A stretch of 64,000 bases of DNA from positions 112,333 through 176,332 of IMG/VR virus record IMGVR_UViG_3300028734_000012; one strand, 5' to 3'. The notes beneath the pieces are model-generated. The model made no database searches. It was not told the origin of the DNA and was given only the letters and a program-made list of their open reading frames with translations. The translations under genes and the position numbers were made by a program. This document shows, piece after piece, positions 19,290 to 27,843 of the stretch; the stretch's first letter is position 1; every line of letters starts with the position of its first letter. The DNA comes from a virus.

Positions 19290-21526
19290 TGGCAGTAGAT
19301 AATATTGCAAGAGGTTTAGCAAATTCTGCTGTAATTATTGCGCCTACTAATGTATTTACAAGTAATGCATTAAGAGATGATTATTTTACATCTAATCCAT
19401 CTGAAATAAAAGATAAACTATATTGTTTCAGTAATGGTCAATTACAAAGATATACAAATGGCGCATGGGTAGATTCAAGTCCTGCTATTAAAGGTGAGCA
19501 AGGGAACATGGGTATACAAGGTGTAAAAGGTGATACTGGTGCACAAGGACTAACAGGAGCACAAGGTAATACTGGAATTACAGGAGATACTGGTGCGCAA
19601 GGTATACAAGGAATAAGCGGTTTACAAGGGGTTCAAGGTTCTGTTGGAGACCCATTCAAAATTACTAAAACATATACTTCTATTTTAGAAATGGATGCAG
19701 ATTATACTAATTCAGATATAGCTATAGGTAATTTTGTATTAATTTCATCAACAGTTGATGACATAGACAATGCTAAAGTATATGTAAAAGACCTTACTGC
19801 ATACTCTTTTGTAACTGATTTATCTGGTATTTCTGGAATCAAAGGCGAAGATGGGTTACAAGGTATTCAAGGAATTGCTGGTATACAAGGCTCTATTGGA
19901 AACACTGGGTTAACTGGTTCACAAGGTATCCAAGGAGTTAAGGGTGATACTGGTGATACTGGTTTAACAGGCTCACAAGGAGCACAAGGGGCACAAGGTA
20001 TTCAAGGTATTAATGGGGCTACTGGTGAACCGTTTAAAATTACTAAAACATATACTTCTATAGCATTAATGAATGCAGACTATTCTAATGTGAGTGTAGT
20101 TATAGGCAATTTTGTATTAATATCTTCTACCGTTGATGATGTAGATAATTCAAAAATATATGTAAAAAATTCTAATGAATTTGCATTTGTAACGGATTTA
20201 TCTGGTGCAACTGGTATACAAGGTGAAACAGGATTAACAGGCGCACAAGGTATACAAGGAGCACAAGGGATACAAGGTAATCAAGGATTAACAGGGGTTG
20301 AATCTAGTTCAGCTTATACATCTGCCGTATCTTATGGATACACAGGGACTGAAAGCAGTTTCTATACATTATTAGCTAAGACTTCTTATGTTTCAATTCC
20401 TGCAACAGCTACTTATGCTAGTGGAATTGTTACTATAACTACACCAGTAACAACTAATAGATTTACATTCATTGCTCCTAGTGATTTTTTAGTATCTGAT
20501 ACATATAAGCTAAATGGAACAGCTATTGTAGTAAAAGACTTAAAAGGAGTAGCCTTAACTGGTGGATGGGTAACTGGCTCTCCAATAGAGTTAACAGTAT
20601 CTAATTCATCAGCTTTTTTTAAGAAAGGTAGTGGTAAGCCATTAGTAGTTACCACAGGAGAATGGACTGTTAGAACCGCCGTTGAAACAAATAAGTGGTA
20701 TGGTGTATGTTATGGCAACGGGTTATTTGTTTCTGTATCCGTTATTGGAACACATAGGGTCATGACTTCACCAGACGGTATAACATGGACGGGCAGAACT
20801 GCCGCAGAAGCTAATAGTTGGACTGTTGTATGTTATGGGAATGGTTTATTTGTTGCAGTATCAAGAGATGGGACGCACCAAATTATGACTTCACCAAATG
20901 GTATAACATGGACATATAGGACTGCTCCAGAACTAAATTTGTGGTATTCTTTATGTTTTGGCAATGGGTTATTTGTTGCAGTTTCTCAAAATGGCACGAA
21001 TCAAATTATGACTTCACCAGACGGTATAACATGGACAGCTAGGGCTTCTATCGAAGCTAGTTCTTGGCATGGGATATGTTATGGTAATGGGTTATTTGTT
21101 GTGGTTGCTCAAACTGGAACACATCAAGTTATGACATCACCAGATGGTATAACATGGACTGCAAGAAATGCCGCAGAAGCTAATTATTGGATAAGTATAT
21201 GTTATGGGAATGGATTATTTGTCGCAGTTGCACAAACTGGTACGCATCAAATCATGACTTCACCAGATGGTATAAACTGGACAGCTATAACTGCTACTGA
21301 AAATAATACTTGGGGAAGTGTGTGTTATGGTAATGGATTATTCGTTGCAGTTGCACAAAGTGGAACACATAGAGTTATGACTTCACCAGATGGGATAAAC
21401 TGGACAGCTAGAACTGCCGCAGAAAATAATGTATGGGTATCTTTGTGTTATGGTAATGAAATATTCGTTGCAGTTGGCGCTGACGGTACTAACAGAGTTA
21501 TGACTACTAATATCGTTTTAAATTAA
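19289..21526 (+). CDS. Collagen-like fibre protein with C-terminal beta-propeller
   Basis: Three Gly-X-Y tracts, a duplicated PFKITKTY..FVTDLSG domain, seven tandem CYGNGLFVAV...MTSPDGITWT repeats. Confidence 0.85.
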   Translation: MAVDNIARGLANSAVIIAPTNVFTSNALRDDYFTSNPSEIKDKLYCFSNGQLQRYTNGAWVDSSPAIKGEQGNMGIQGVKGDTGAQGLTGAQGNTGITGDTGAQGIQGISGLQGVQGSVGDPFKITKTYTSILEMDADYTNSDIAIGNFVLISSTVDDIDNAKVYVKDLTAYSFVTDLSGISGIKGEDGLQGIQGIAGIQGSIGNTGLTGSQGIQGVKGDTGDTGLTGSQGAQGAQGIQGINGATGEPFKITKTYTSIALMNADYSNVSVVIGNFVLISSTVDDVDNSKIYVKNSNEFAFVTDLSGATGIQGETGLTGAQGIQGAQGIQGNQGLTGVESSSAYTSAVSYGYTGTESSFYTLLAKTSYVSIPATATYASGIVTITTPVTTNRFTFIAPSDFLVSDTYKLNGTAIVVKDLKGVALTGGWVTGSPIELTVSNSSAFFKKGSGKPLVVTTGEWTVRTAVETNKWYGVCYGNGLFVSVSVIGTHRVMTSPDGITWTGRTAAEANSWTVVCYGNGLFVAVSRDGTHQIMTSPNGITWTYRTAPELNLWYSLCFGNGLFVAVSQNGTNQIMTSPDGITWTARASIEASSWHGICYGNGLFVVVAQTGTHQVMTSPDGITWTARNAAEANYWISICYGNGLFVAVAQTGTHQIMTSPDGINWTAITATENNTWGSVCYGNGLFVAVAQSGTHRVMTSPDGINWTARTAAENNVWVSLCYGNEIFVAVGADGTNRVMTTNIVLN
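20660..21515 (+). repeat. Seven tandem ~123-nt (41-aa) propeller-blade repeats
   Basis: Recurring tgttatggyaatggrttattygtt and atgacttcaccagayggtataa at ~123-nt spacing. Confidence 0.9.
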
Positions 21527-21571
21527 AATTTGATAATTTCATATTATAATATGAAACATCACAAAATTATT

Positions 21572-21612
21572 AATACTATAGGATTAAGACAAATTTTCTA
21601 TAGTATTTTTTA
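21572..21612 (+). terminator. Intrinsic terminator
   Basis: AATACTATAGGA / TTCTATAGTATT stem followed by T-tract. Confidence 0.6.
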
Positions 21613-21692
21613 TTCGCAATATATACAAAAATAAAATATTTTTATGTACACATATAAACAATAAATTATAAGGGGAAAGGTGAAAAACATAT

Positions 21693-22034
21693 ATGTCTAG
21701 CAATGTTTTAGAAAATTTTATATTTCATGAAGATAATAGTGATATAGGAGATGGCAATATTCTCACAATAACAAACAATATGTCAACTGTTAATTTTGAG
21801 GTTATCTCTTCTGATGATAATGATTTTGAAGCAATGGTATACGCTCAACTTGTTGATTCAGACAGATGGTATAATTATCCATGTTTTAAGTTACCTACAT
21901 ATGAATTAATAGATAATTCATTTAGTGAAAGTGGCTATATTTATACCGTTGATGTTAGTGCAATTTCTAAAATTTTTATTAGATTACTTAGCAATACTGG
22001 ACTAATTTCAATTTATGGAAAAGTGGTGAGTTAA
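21693..22034 (+). CDS. Small beta-sandwich adaptor protein 2
   Basis: Paralog of 18945-19289; TAATG coupling to next gene. Confidence 0.6.
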   Translation: MSSNVLENFIFHEDNSDIGDGNILTITNNMSTVNFEVISSDDNDFEAMVYAQLVDSDRWYNYPCFKLPTYELIDNSFSESGYIYTVDVSAISKIFIRLLSNTGLISIYGKVVS

Positions 22035-23812
22035 TGGACAGTGTAGCGAGAGGATTGGCTTCAAGAGTAAATAATACTGGTAGGCTAAAAGGCTCTTATA
22101 AAGGGTATCTTAGCACAGCAGAAGGTGTTGACACAACTGCAAGCGGTAACAATAGCCATTCAGAAGGATATTGTACTATTGCTTCTGGCGAAGGTAGTCA
22201 TGCAGAAGGAGACCAAACAACTGCTTCTGGTACTTGTTCTCATTCAGAAGGTAGAGATATAACTGCTTCTGGTCATTTTAGCCATGCAGAAGGTAATGAA
22301 ACAATTGCTTCTGGTACTTGTTCTCATGCAGAAGGATTATCCACGATTTCAAACGGGTATGATAGTCATACAGAGGGATATGGTTCATCCGCTTCTGGTA
22401 GTAGTTCCCACGCAGAAGGTGAGCATACATTAGCTTATGGTGATGATAGCCATGCAGAAGGATTAAATACAACTGCAAGCAGTAATTATTCTCATGCAGA
22501 AGGTCAATATACATTAAGTGCAAATGGAGTTATGTATAACATAACTGCTTATAACAATACCAATAAAACAATCACACTTAATAATGTAACAGGATTAAGT
22601 GTTGGTGATAAGTTACAAATTAAAATCGTACTTGATATGTCATTATCTAATATTAGTATTACAAAGATTACTGGTTTGGTTGTTACTTTAAATACAACAT
22701 TAGTGATTAGTTCTAATTGGTTGTATGCTGTTAAATTATCTTCTACGATGGGGGCAGTCCATTCAGAAGGATACAGTTCATTAGCTTGTGGGCTATACTC
22801 ACATGCAGAAGGTGGAACTACATTATCAACTGGCGAAGGTAGTCATGCAGAGGGTGAAACTACAATTGCAAGTGGACGTTGTTCTCATACAGAGGGTGGT
22901 GCGACTAAAGCAAGTAATACTTGCTCCCACGCAGAAGGAAGTTCTACAACATCAAGCGGTTTATATTCTCATTCAGAGGGACAAAATACAGTAGCAAGTG
23001 GGTCTTGTTCACATGCAGAAAACGGTGGTGCAACTGCAAGCGGTCTTTGTTCTCACGCAGAGGGTTCTCTTACAAAAGCAAATGGAGATTATTCACATGC
23101 AGAAGGTGGCGCAACAACATCTGATGCATTTTTTTCTCACACACAAGGAACGTATAATAAAGTATTAACTGGAACTCCAACGGCTTATTCCGCAACGGCA
23201 GATGCTTTTGTAATTGGAAATGGAACTAGTGCTAGTGCTTTATCTAATGCTTTTAGAGTAACTTTTAATGGTAAGACTTATGGTCTATCTGCTTTTAATA
23301 CAACTGGCGCTGATTATGCTGAATTATTTGAGTGGGAAGATGGTAATCCAGATAATGAAGATAGAGTTGGATATTTTGTAACACTTAATGGTGAAAAAAT
23401 AAAAAAAGCTACATCTTTAAGTGATTATATTATAGGGGTAATATCAACTAATCCATCTATAATTGGAGATAATTATGCAGATGATTGGAACGGTAAATAT
23501 GTTACTGATAAATGGGGAAGAATACAATATCAAAATGTACTTGTTCCTGCAACTGATACACAACCAGAACGTTTAGATTATGTCCCAGTACTTAATTCGT
23601 CATGGGATTCTTCACAACCTTATACTTCAAGAGAAGACCGTAAAGAATGGGGAATTGTAGGTATGATGGGTAAGTTACTCGTCATAGATGATGGGACTTG
23701 TGAAGTAAATGGATATTGTAAACCAGTGAATGGAATAGCTACAAAATCTGATAGTGGATATAGAGTAATCAAAAGAATAGATGATACGTGCGTTAAAATT
23801 ATAATAATTTAG
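22034..23812 (+). CDS. YadA-head-like (SHAEG repeat) fibre with C-terminal peptidase G2 intramolecular chaperone
   Basis: Many 14-aa A.G..SHAEG repeats; GADYAELFEWEDGNPDNEDRVGYFVTL; REDRKEWGIVGMMGKL. Confidence 0.85.
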   Translation: MDSVARGLASRVNNTGRLKGSYKGYLSTAEGVDTTASGNNSHSEGYCTIASGEGSHAEGDQTTASGTCSHSEGRDITASGHFSHAEGNETIASGTCSHAEGLSTISNGYDSHTEGYGSSASGSSSHAEGEHTLAYGDDSHAEGLNTTASSNYSHAEGQYTLSANGVMYNITAYNNTNKTITLNNVTGLSVGDKLQIKIVLDMSLSNISITKITGLVVTLNTTLVISSNWLYAVKLSSTMGAVHSEGYSSLACGLYSHAEGGTTLSTGEGSHAEGETTIASGRCSHTEGGATKASNTCSHAEGSSTTSSGLYSHSEGQNTVASGSCSHAENGGATASGLCSHAEGSLTKANGDYSHAEGGATTSDAFFSHTQGTYNKVLTGTPTAYSATADAFVIGNGTSASALSNAFRVTFNGKTYGLSAFNTTGADYAELFEWEDGNPDNEDRVGYFVTLNGEKIKKATSLSDYIIGVISTNPSIIGDNYADDWNGKYVTDKWGRIQYQNVLVPATDTQPERLDYVPVLNSSWDSSQPYTSREDRKEWGIVGMMGKLLVIDDGTCEVNGYCKPVNGIATKSDSGYRVIKRIDDTCVKIIII

Positions 23813-23813
23813 C

Positions 23814-23854
23814 AAAATGGGATATAACATTTTATTGTTATATCCCATTTTTTA
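23814..23854. terminator. Bidirectional intrinsic terminator at the end of the structural module
   Basis: Perfect 16-bp inverted repeat AAAATGGGATATAACA / TGTTATATCCCATTTT between convergent genes. Confidence 0.85.
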
Positions 23855-23861
23855 TGCGTTT

Positions 23862-24152
23862 TTATTTCTGTTTTAATAATCTTTTAGCTATTCTATAAAC
23901 CCATTCTTTATGATAGTCTAAATTAAACCCAGTTGAGTAATCCCAATCTTTAAATTCTTTATAGAACTCGGTATTTTCGCTTATGTCTGGATAAAGTTTT
24001 TGCAGATTAAAAAGTTCTTCACTCCATTGGGAATAAACTGCATCGTCTATAACATTTTTATCCAATTGATAATAGATGTATGAATGTACCAATATTTGTC
24101 TACGTCTTCTCTTAATTAATTCTGTAATTTTATTAATTTCAATTTCAGTCAT
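23862..24152 (-). CDS. Stand-alone protein resembling domain Ia (N-terminus) of NAD-dependent DNA ligase
   Basis: RRQILVHSYIYYQLDKNVIDDAVYSQWSEEL..L...YPD; ATG 24152 follows an AGGTGG RBS. Confidence 0.65.
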   Translation of the reverse strand: MTEIEINKITELIKRRRRQILVHSYIYYQLDKNVIDDAVYSQWSEELFNLQKLYPDISENTEFYKEFKDWDYSTGFNLDYHKEWVYRIAKRLLKQK

Positions 24153-24258
24153 TATTTTACCACCTAAAATTATTTTTAGTATTTTGTATATTCTATTTTT
24201 AAAAGCATATAATATTATCAGTAACCCATATAAATTAAATAAATAGGAGATTGACAAC

Positions 24259-24495
24259 ATGGCTAGAGGAAGAAAACCATTACCTAAAGATTACGAAAAA
24301 CTCATTGCGGAAATCAATGATAAAATTGCCCGTTACACAAAGAGGATTGAAGAATTTGAAACAGAAAAAGAAGAGTTAATGCAAGGTAGGAAACAGAAAG
24401 AACTAGAGACTTTGTATAATACGATGTTATCCACTGGCAAAACAGTTGAAGAAATCGTAACTTTAGTACATGATAGTTCTAAGAAATCCAAATAA
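24259..24495 (+). CDS. Small coiled-coil protein with N-terminal RGRKP motif
   Basis: AGGAG RBS; heptad-rich helix; ends ..L...M..TGKTVEEI. Confidence 0.6.
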   Translation: MARGRKPLPKDYEKLIAEINDKIARYTKRIEEFETEKEELMQGRKQKELETLYNTMLSTGKTVEEIVTLVHDSSKKSK

Positions 24496-24551
24496 TCTAA
24501 CTTTAAAATACTATAAAGTCTTTTATTGGCTTTGTAGTATTTTTTTAGCCA

Positions 24552-24580
24552 TTGACTATTATCCATGATTGTGATATGAT
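24552..24580 (+). promoter_or_regulatory. SigmaA-type promoter of the MazF-like gene
   Basis: TTGACT-17 nt-TATGAT with extended -10 TG. Confidence 0.6.
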
Positions 24581-24619
24581 ATATACATAAATCTATATAT
24601 AAAAAAGGAGAAATGATTA

Positions 24620-25273
24620 ATGTCTACCATCGGCAATAGTACAAACATAAGTGAAGCCTTAGTAGAAGAAGAGTATGATAATAGAGAATTTAAAAGAGGG
24701 GAAATTTACTTCGTTAATTTAGAAGATATGGGTTATGGCTCACGATACATTCAAATGAAAACCCGTCCTGCTCTAATAATTCAGAATGATGTCGGCAATA
24801 GTCACAGTCAAACAATGATTATCGCATTACTTACAACTTCCGATAAGAAACCTTATCCATTTCAATATCACTTCCCTCTTAATGGGAGAATATCGGTTAT
24901 TATGTTCGAACAAATTATGACTGTTGATAAGTTTCGTATGCTGAATAGATGTGGAGCATTAACTCATGAACAAATGATAGATGCCGAACAAAAACTTATG
25001 TATTCGTTACAACTTAATAGAATGTCACTTGAAAATATTATTGACTTTGATATTATGAGTGTAAATTCCAAAACAACTAATTTTGGAAATGTTACTTACT
25101 TCGAAATCGTGATACATTTTCTAAATAATCAAGATAGAATAATCAATATATCGTTAGATAAATTGCAAGAATACAACAAGGTAGTTACTAAAAGTATAAA
25201 ATTTATTAAACTAAAGAAACTGCTAGATTGTTGCAAAGGGTTGAATTGGTTAGTTAACAACAACGAAATTTAA
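24620..25273 (+). CDS. PemK/MazF-family endoribonuclease with C-terminal extension
   Basis: KRGEIYFVNL...Q.KTRPALIIQNDVGN.HS..MIIALLTT...EQIMTVDKFR. Confidence 0.85.
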   Translation: MSTIGNSTNISEALVEEEYDNREFKRGEIYFVNLEDMGYGSRYIQMKTRPALIIQNDVGNSHSQTMIIALLTTSDKKPYPFQYHFPLNGRISVIMFEQIMTVDKFRMLNRCGALTHEQMIDAEQKLMYSLQLNRMSLENIIDFDIMSVNSKTTNFGNVTYFEIVIHFLNNQDRIINISLDKLQEYNKVVTKSIKFIKLKKLLDCCKGLNWLVNNNEI

Positions 25274-25277
25274 TAAT

Positions 25278-25568
25278 TTATTTTTTAGAAACATTAGTAG
25301 AAATATTACTAATGTTTTTTACTAGTTTCTGTTCATTATCAATTAGAATTGACATTGCTTGTGCTTTAGTGAAACCGACTTCAACTAGAGCATCATATTC
25401 ATTTTTCTTTGCTAATGCGCCAATATGGAATAACTCTTTATTATTTGCATAATCAGAATATACAGTCATCAATTCTTTGAGGGCAGTATAAACAATTGGC
25501 TTATATGCTTCGACTAATCCGCTAATAGCTGTAGGGTCTTTTAATAGTTCTTTAAATAATTCATCCAT
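25278..25568 (-). CDS. Hypothetical protein
   Basis: AGGAG RBS before MDELFK; GFT..QAM motif. Confidence 0.5.
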   Translation of the reverse strand: MDELFKELLKDPTAISGLVEAYKPIVYTALKELMTVYSDYANNKELFHIGALAKKNEYDALVEVGFTKAQAMSILIDNEQKLVKNISNISTNVSKK

Positions 25569-25599
25569 AAGTAATCTCCTTTTGATGTAAGTCATCACC

Positions 25600-25911
25600 T
25601 TATTTATTGATATTAGATTTAAGAAATTCTTCTCTAAGTTCAGTCTCGTTTAGATTATATTTTTTAATAATATAATCTAAAAGTTCAGTTTCATCTATAG
25701 TTATTCCAGAACAAAATGGACAATATTCCTTCTTTAATCCAATCTCATCCATCATATATGATGGGAAGTATCCTTCATAATCATTATCTTTTTCATTATC
25801 ATGTACAACACATTCATCACATATATCTCTTCCGCAAGAATTACAGTGAGCAACAGCTTCTTCATATCTTGATTCACCACAAGAATCACAGCTATAATAA
25901 TCTACACTCAT
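25600..25911 (-). CDS. Cys-rich zinc-binding protein
   Basis: Four CxxC pairs. Confidence 0.6.
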   Translation of the reverse strand: MSVDYYSCDSCGESRYEEAVAHCNSCGRDICDECVVHDNEKDNDYEGYFPSYMMDEIGLKKEYCPFCSGITIDETELLDYIIKKYNLNETELREEFLKSNINK

Positions 25912-26489
25912 TTTACCGTTACCCATTCTTTTACGATGACTTTATGTTCTGGAATAATTTTTTCGTATTCATTCTTTTTAACTTCATAAGGCTGAGAATA
26001 ATATTCATTTTCTTGACATTCTGTAAGTCCACATTCCCATTCAACGCAAAAATACTTATCTAAAAGTTGAATATATGATGTTACAGAACGAGACCAACGT
26101 CTATCATCCCCCTCTTCTCTTTCAACCTCATAATCAACTAAATTACTAATTTCTCTTTCTGTGAGTTTTTCTTTATTGGTAATTTTTTTAATCATAATTT
26201 CTTCAAAGTGGGTATCATAATATTCTTCTTCTTGTTCTTTAGCTAATTTAGCTTTGGCTTTTTCTGCTTCTTCTTTTGCTTTAAGTTCTGCGCTTTCGAT
26301 ATCTTTTTGTTTTTGAGTAGGTAACTGTGCTATAATATAAGTGTTCATATCTCGCCATGTTTTAAATGAATCATTTAATGATTTAATTTTCCAATTAGTC
26401 TCAATCAATTCATTCCAATAATTATCCATATCTTCTTCTGTAAGATTCATGGATTTTAATAGCGCTTTGATTTCTGTTTTAGTAGCCAT
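25908..26489 (-). CDS. Hypothetical phage protein
   Basis: RBS; RRWS and GLTECQENEY phage-type motif. Confidence 0.55.
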   Translation of the reverse strand: MATKTEIKALLKSMNLTEEDMDNYWNELIETNWKIKSLNDSFKTWRDMNTYIIAQLPTQKQKDIESAELKAKEEAEKAKAKLAKEQEEEYYDTHFEEIMIKKITNKEKLTEREISNLVDYEVEREEGDDRRWSRSVTSYIQLLDKYFCVEWECGLTECQENEYYSQPYEVKKNEYEKIIPEHKVIVKEWVTVK

Positions 26490-26499
26490 TTATTTCTCC

Positions 26500-27345
26500 T
26501 TATTTCTTTTTAAAAAGATTAATGAACCAATTAGCAATTTTTAGAATAAAGTTCATAAAGCCATTCGTGACTGGCACAATAATATCTTCCTTTGGCTCAC
26601 CAGTAGAACCCCATGCTTCATCAATTGGGTAAGTATAAGGTAATATAGCTTGGTCTTTTACACCCCAGTTAAGACCCCAACTATTAGAAATTAACCAACC
26701 AGTTTCATTCCATCCGTAAATTGTTAATGCGTGATTCCCTGCTAAATCAGAACCTTTTTCAATAACCGCTTGTACAGAACCATCTGCATTTATTATCACA
26801 CTAAATCCATTGTCATTATACCACGGGACACCGATGCCTACATACCCATAGTTCATGATTGCCGATTTAATTTCATCTGGTGTAGTAACTTGGAAATATG
26901 TAAGAATTTTATTAGAAGAAGCTAAAGCATTTAACTTATCCACTCCAACTTCTTGTAATTTATCGGTAAGTTCTGGAACTTCAAGATTATAATCAAAGTC
27001 TTCATTGAAAACATCCCCAACAGTTTGTAGCGTTTTAAACATATCTCTTAGATACATTCCTTGCATAGTAAGGTCTGGTCTATTAGCATATAAAAACCCA
27101 ACTGAAAATCTCTTAAACACACCGTTTCTAATCAAATACAGTTTTTCTCTTACATATCCACCCATATGAGGAACACATGAATTTATATTACTTTGGTCTT
27201 TATCCTCGTTCGGTTGCCCAATCGTATATGTTTTAGGAAATACTACGGTTTTTGCAACGCTTAGTTTATAATCTCTTGTATCTACCTTTGGTTTTAAAGC
27301 ACCTAACTCACCAGTAAACATTTGAGGTTTATTTACATTATCCAT
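26500..27345 (-). CDS. Papain-like (C1) cysteine peptidase
   Basis: DQSNINSCV (Gln/Cys), NHALTIYGW (His), ISNSWG..WG (Asn). Confidence 0.85.
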   Translation of the reverse strand: MDNVNKPQMFTGELGALKPKVDTRDYKLSVAKTVVFPKTYTIGQPNEDKDQSNINSCVPHMGGYVREKLYLIRNGVFKRFSVGFLYANRPDLTMQGMYLRDMFKTLQTVGDVFNEDFDYNLEVPELTDKLQEVGVDKLNALASSNKILTYFQVTTPDEIKSAIMNYGYVGIGVPWYNDNGFSVIINADGSVQAVIEKGSDLAGNHALTIYGWNETGWLISNSWGLNWGVKDQAILPYTYPIDEAWGSTGEPKEDIIVPVTNGFMNFILKIANWFINLFKKK

Positions 27346-27359
27346 ATTTTATCTCCTTT

Positions 27360-27641
27360 TTATATTTCATTTCTCATTCTTATACCTAATATACTTCTCA
27401 TGACTGATTCTTTAACCATTTTATAATGAGTATAATCTGGAAAAATATTTTCTGATTCTTTTTCTCTTATTGCTTGTAAAGCCCTTGCTACATCAACCAT
27501 TACTTCATTTACTGGTCTATAACTTTCTTCTGGATGCATCATAATATCTACACCAATATTTTGTAATTCTCTAGCAACATTATCAATATTTTTCTGTCTA
27601 TAATCTTCTTTGCTAATATCGTCATAATTCAAATTATTCAC
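27360..27641 (-). CDS. Small protein resembling a tape-measure-protein segment
   Basis: Aligns by eye with TMP LNDVEKVL..LGI...WRNMEDVLDDV...SIAGTRQRN; start may be TTG 27632. Confidence 0.45.
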   Translation of the reverse strand: MNNLNYDDISKEDYRQKNIDNVARELQNIGVDIMMHPEESYRPVNEVMVDVARALQAIREKESENIFPDYTHYKMVKESVMRSILGIRMRNEI

Positions 27642-27660
27642 CCCCTCTCATTAAGACTGA

Positions 27661-27708
27661 CCACAATATATAGTGGTGTCACCTAACGACAACCACAACA
27701 TGTAGACC
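27661..27708. promoter_or_regulatory. Tandem NrdR-box-like sites
   Basis: CCACAATATATAGTGG (27661-27676) and CCACAACATGTAGACC (27693-27708), 32 bp apart. Confidence 0.5.
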
Positions 27709-27843
27709 TAAACTGTGAATGAAATACGAATTTGATTTCACAGACAGCCTACAGTACCTCTAGTTTTATCTGTGTGACCTCACAAGCCGTTTGTAGGGAT
27801 TCGGAGTATAGTTTTAAGTCTGAAATTACGTAAGCTGATACGG

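Noticed and set aside
20660-23150. Regularly spaced DNA repeats resembling a CRISPR array or DGR template
   Set aside because: They are degenerate in-frame protein repeats (41-aa blades, 14-aa SHAEG). I saw no adenine-specific TR/VR pair, reverse transcriptase or cas gene in the window.
21640-24240. CATATAA(A/T) elements (~21651, ~24206, ~24227) as sporulation-sigma promoters
   Set aside because: Short AT-rich matches in an AT-rich genome with unconvincing -35 spacing.
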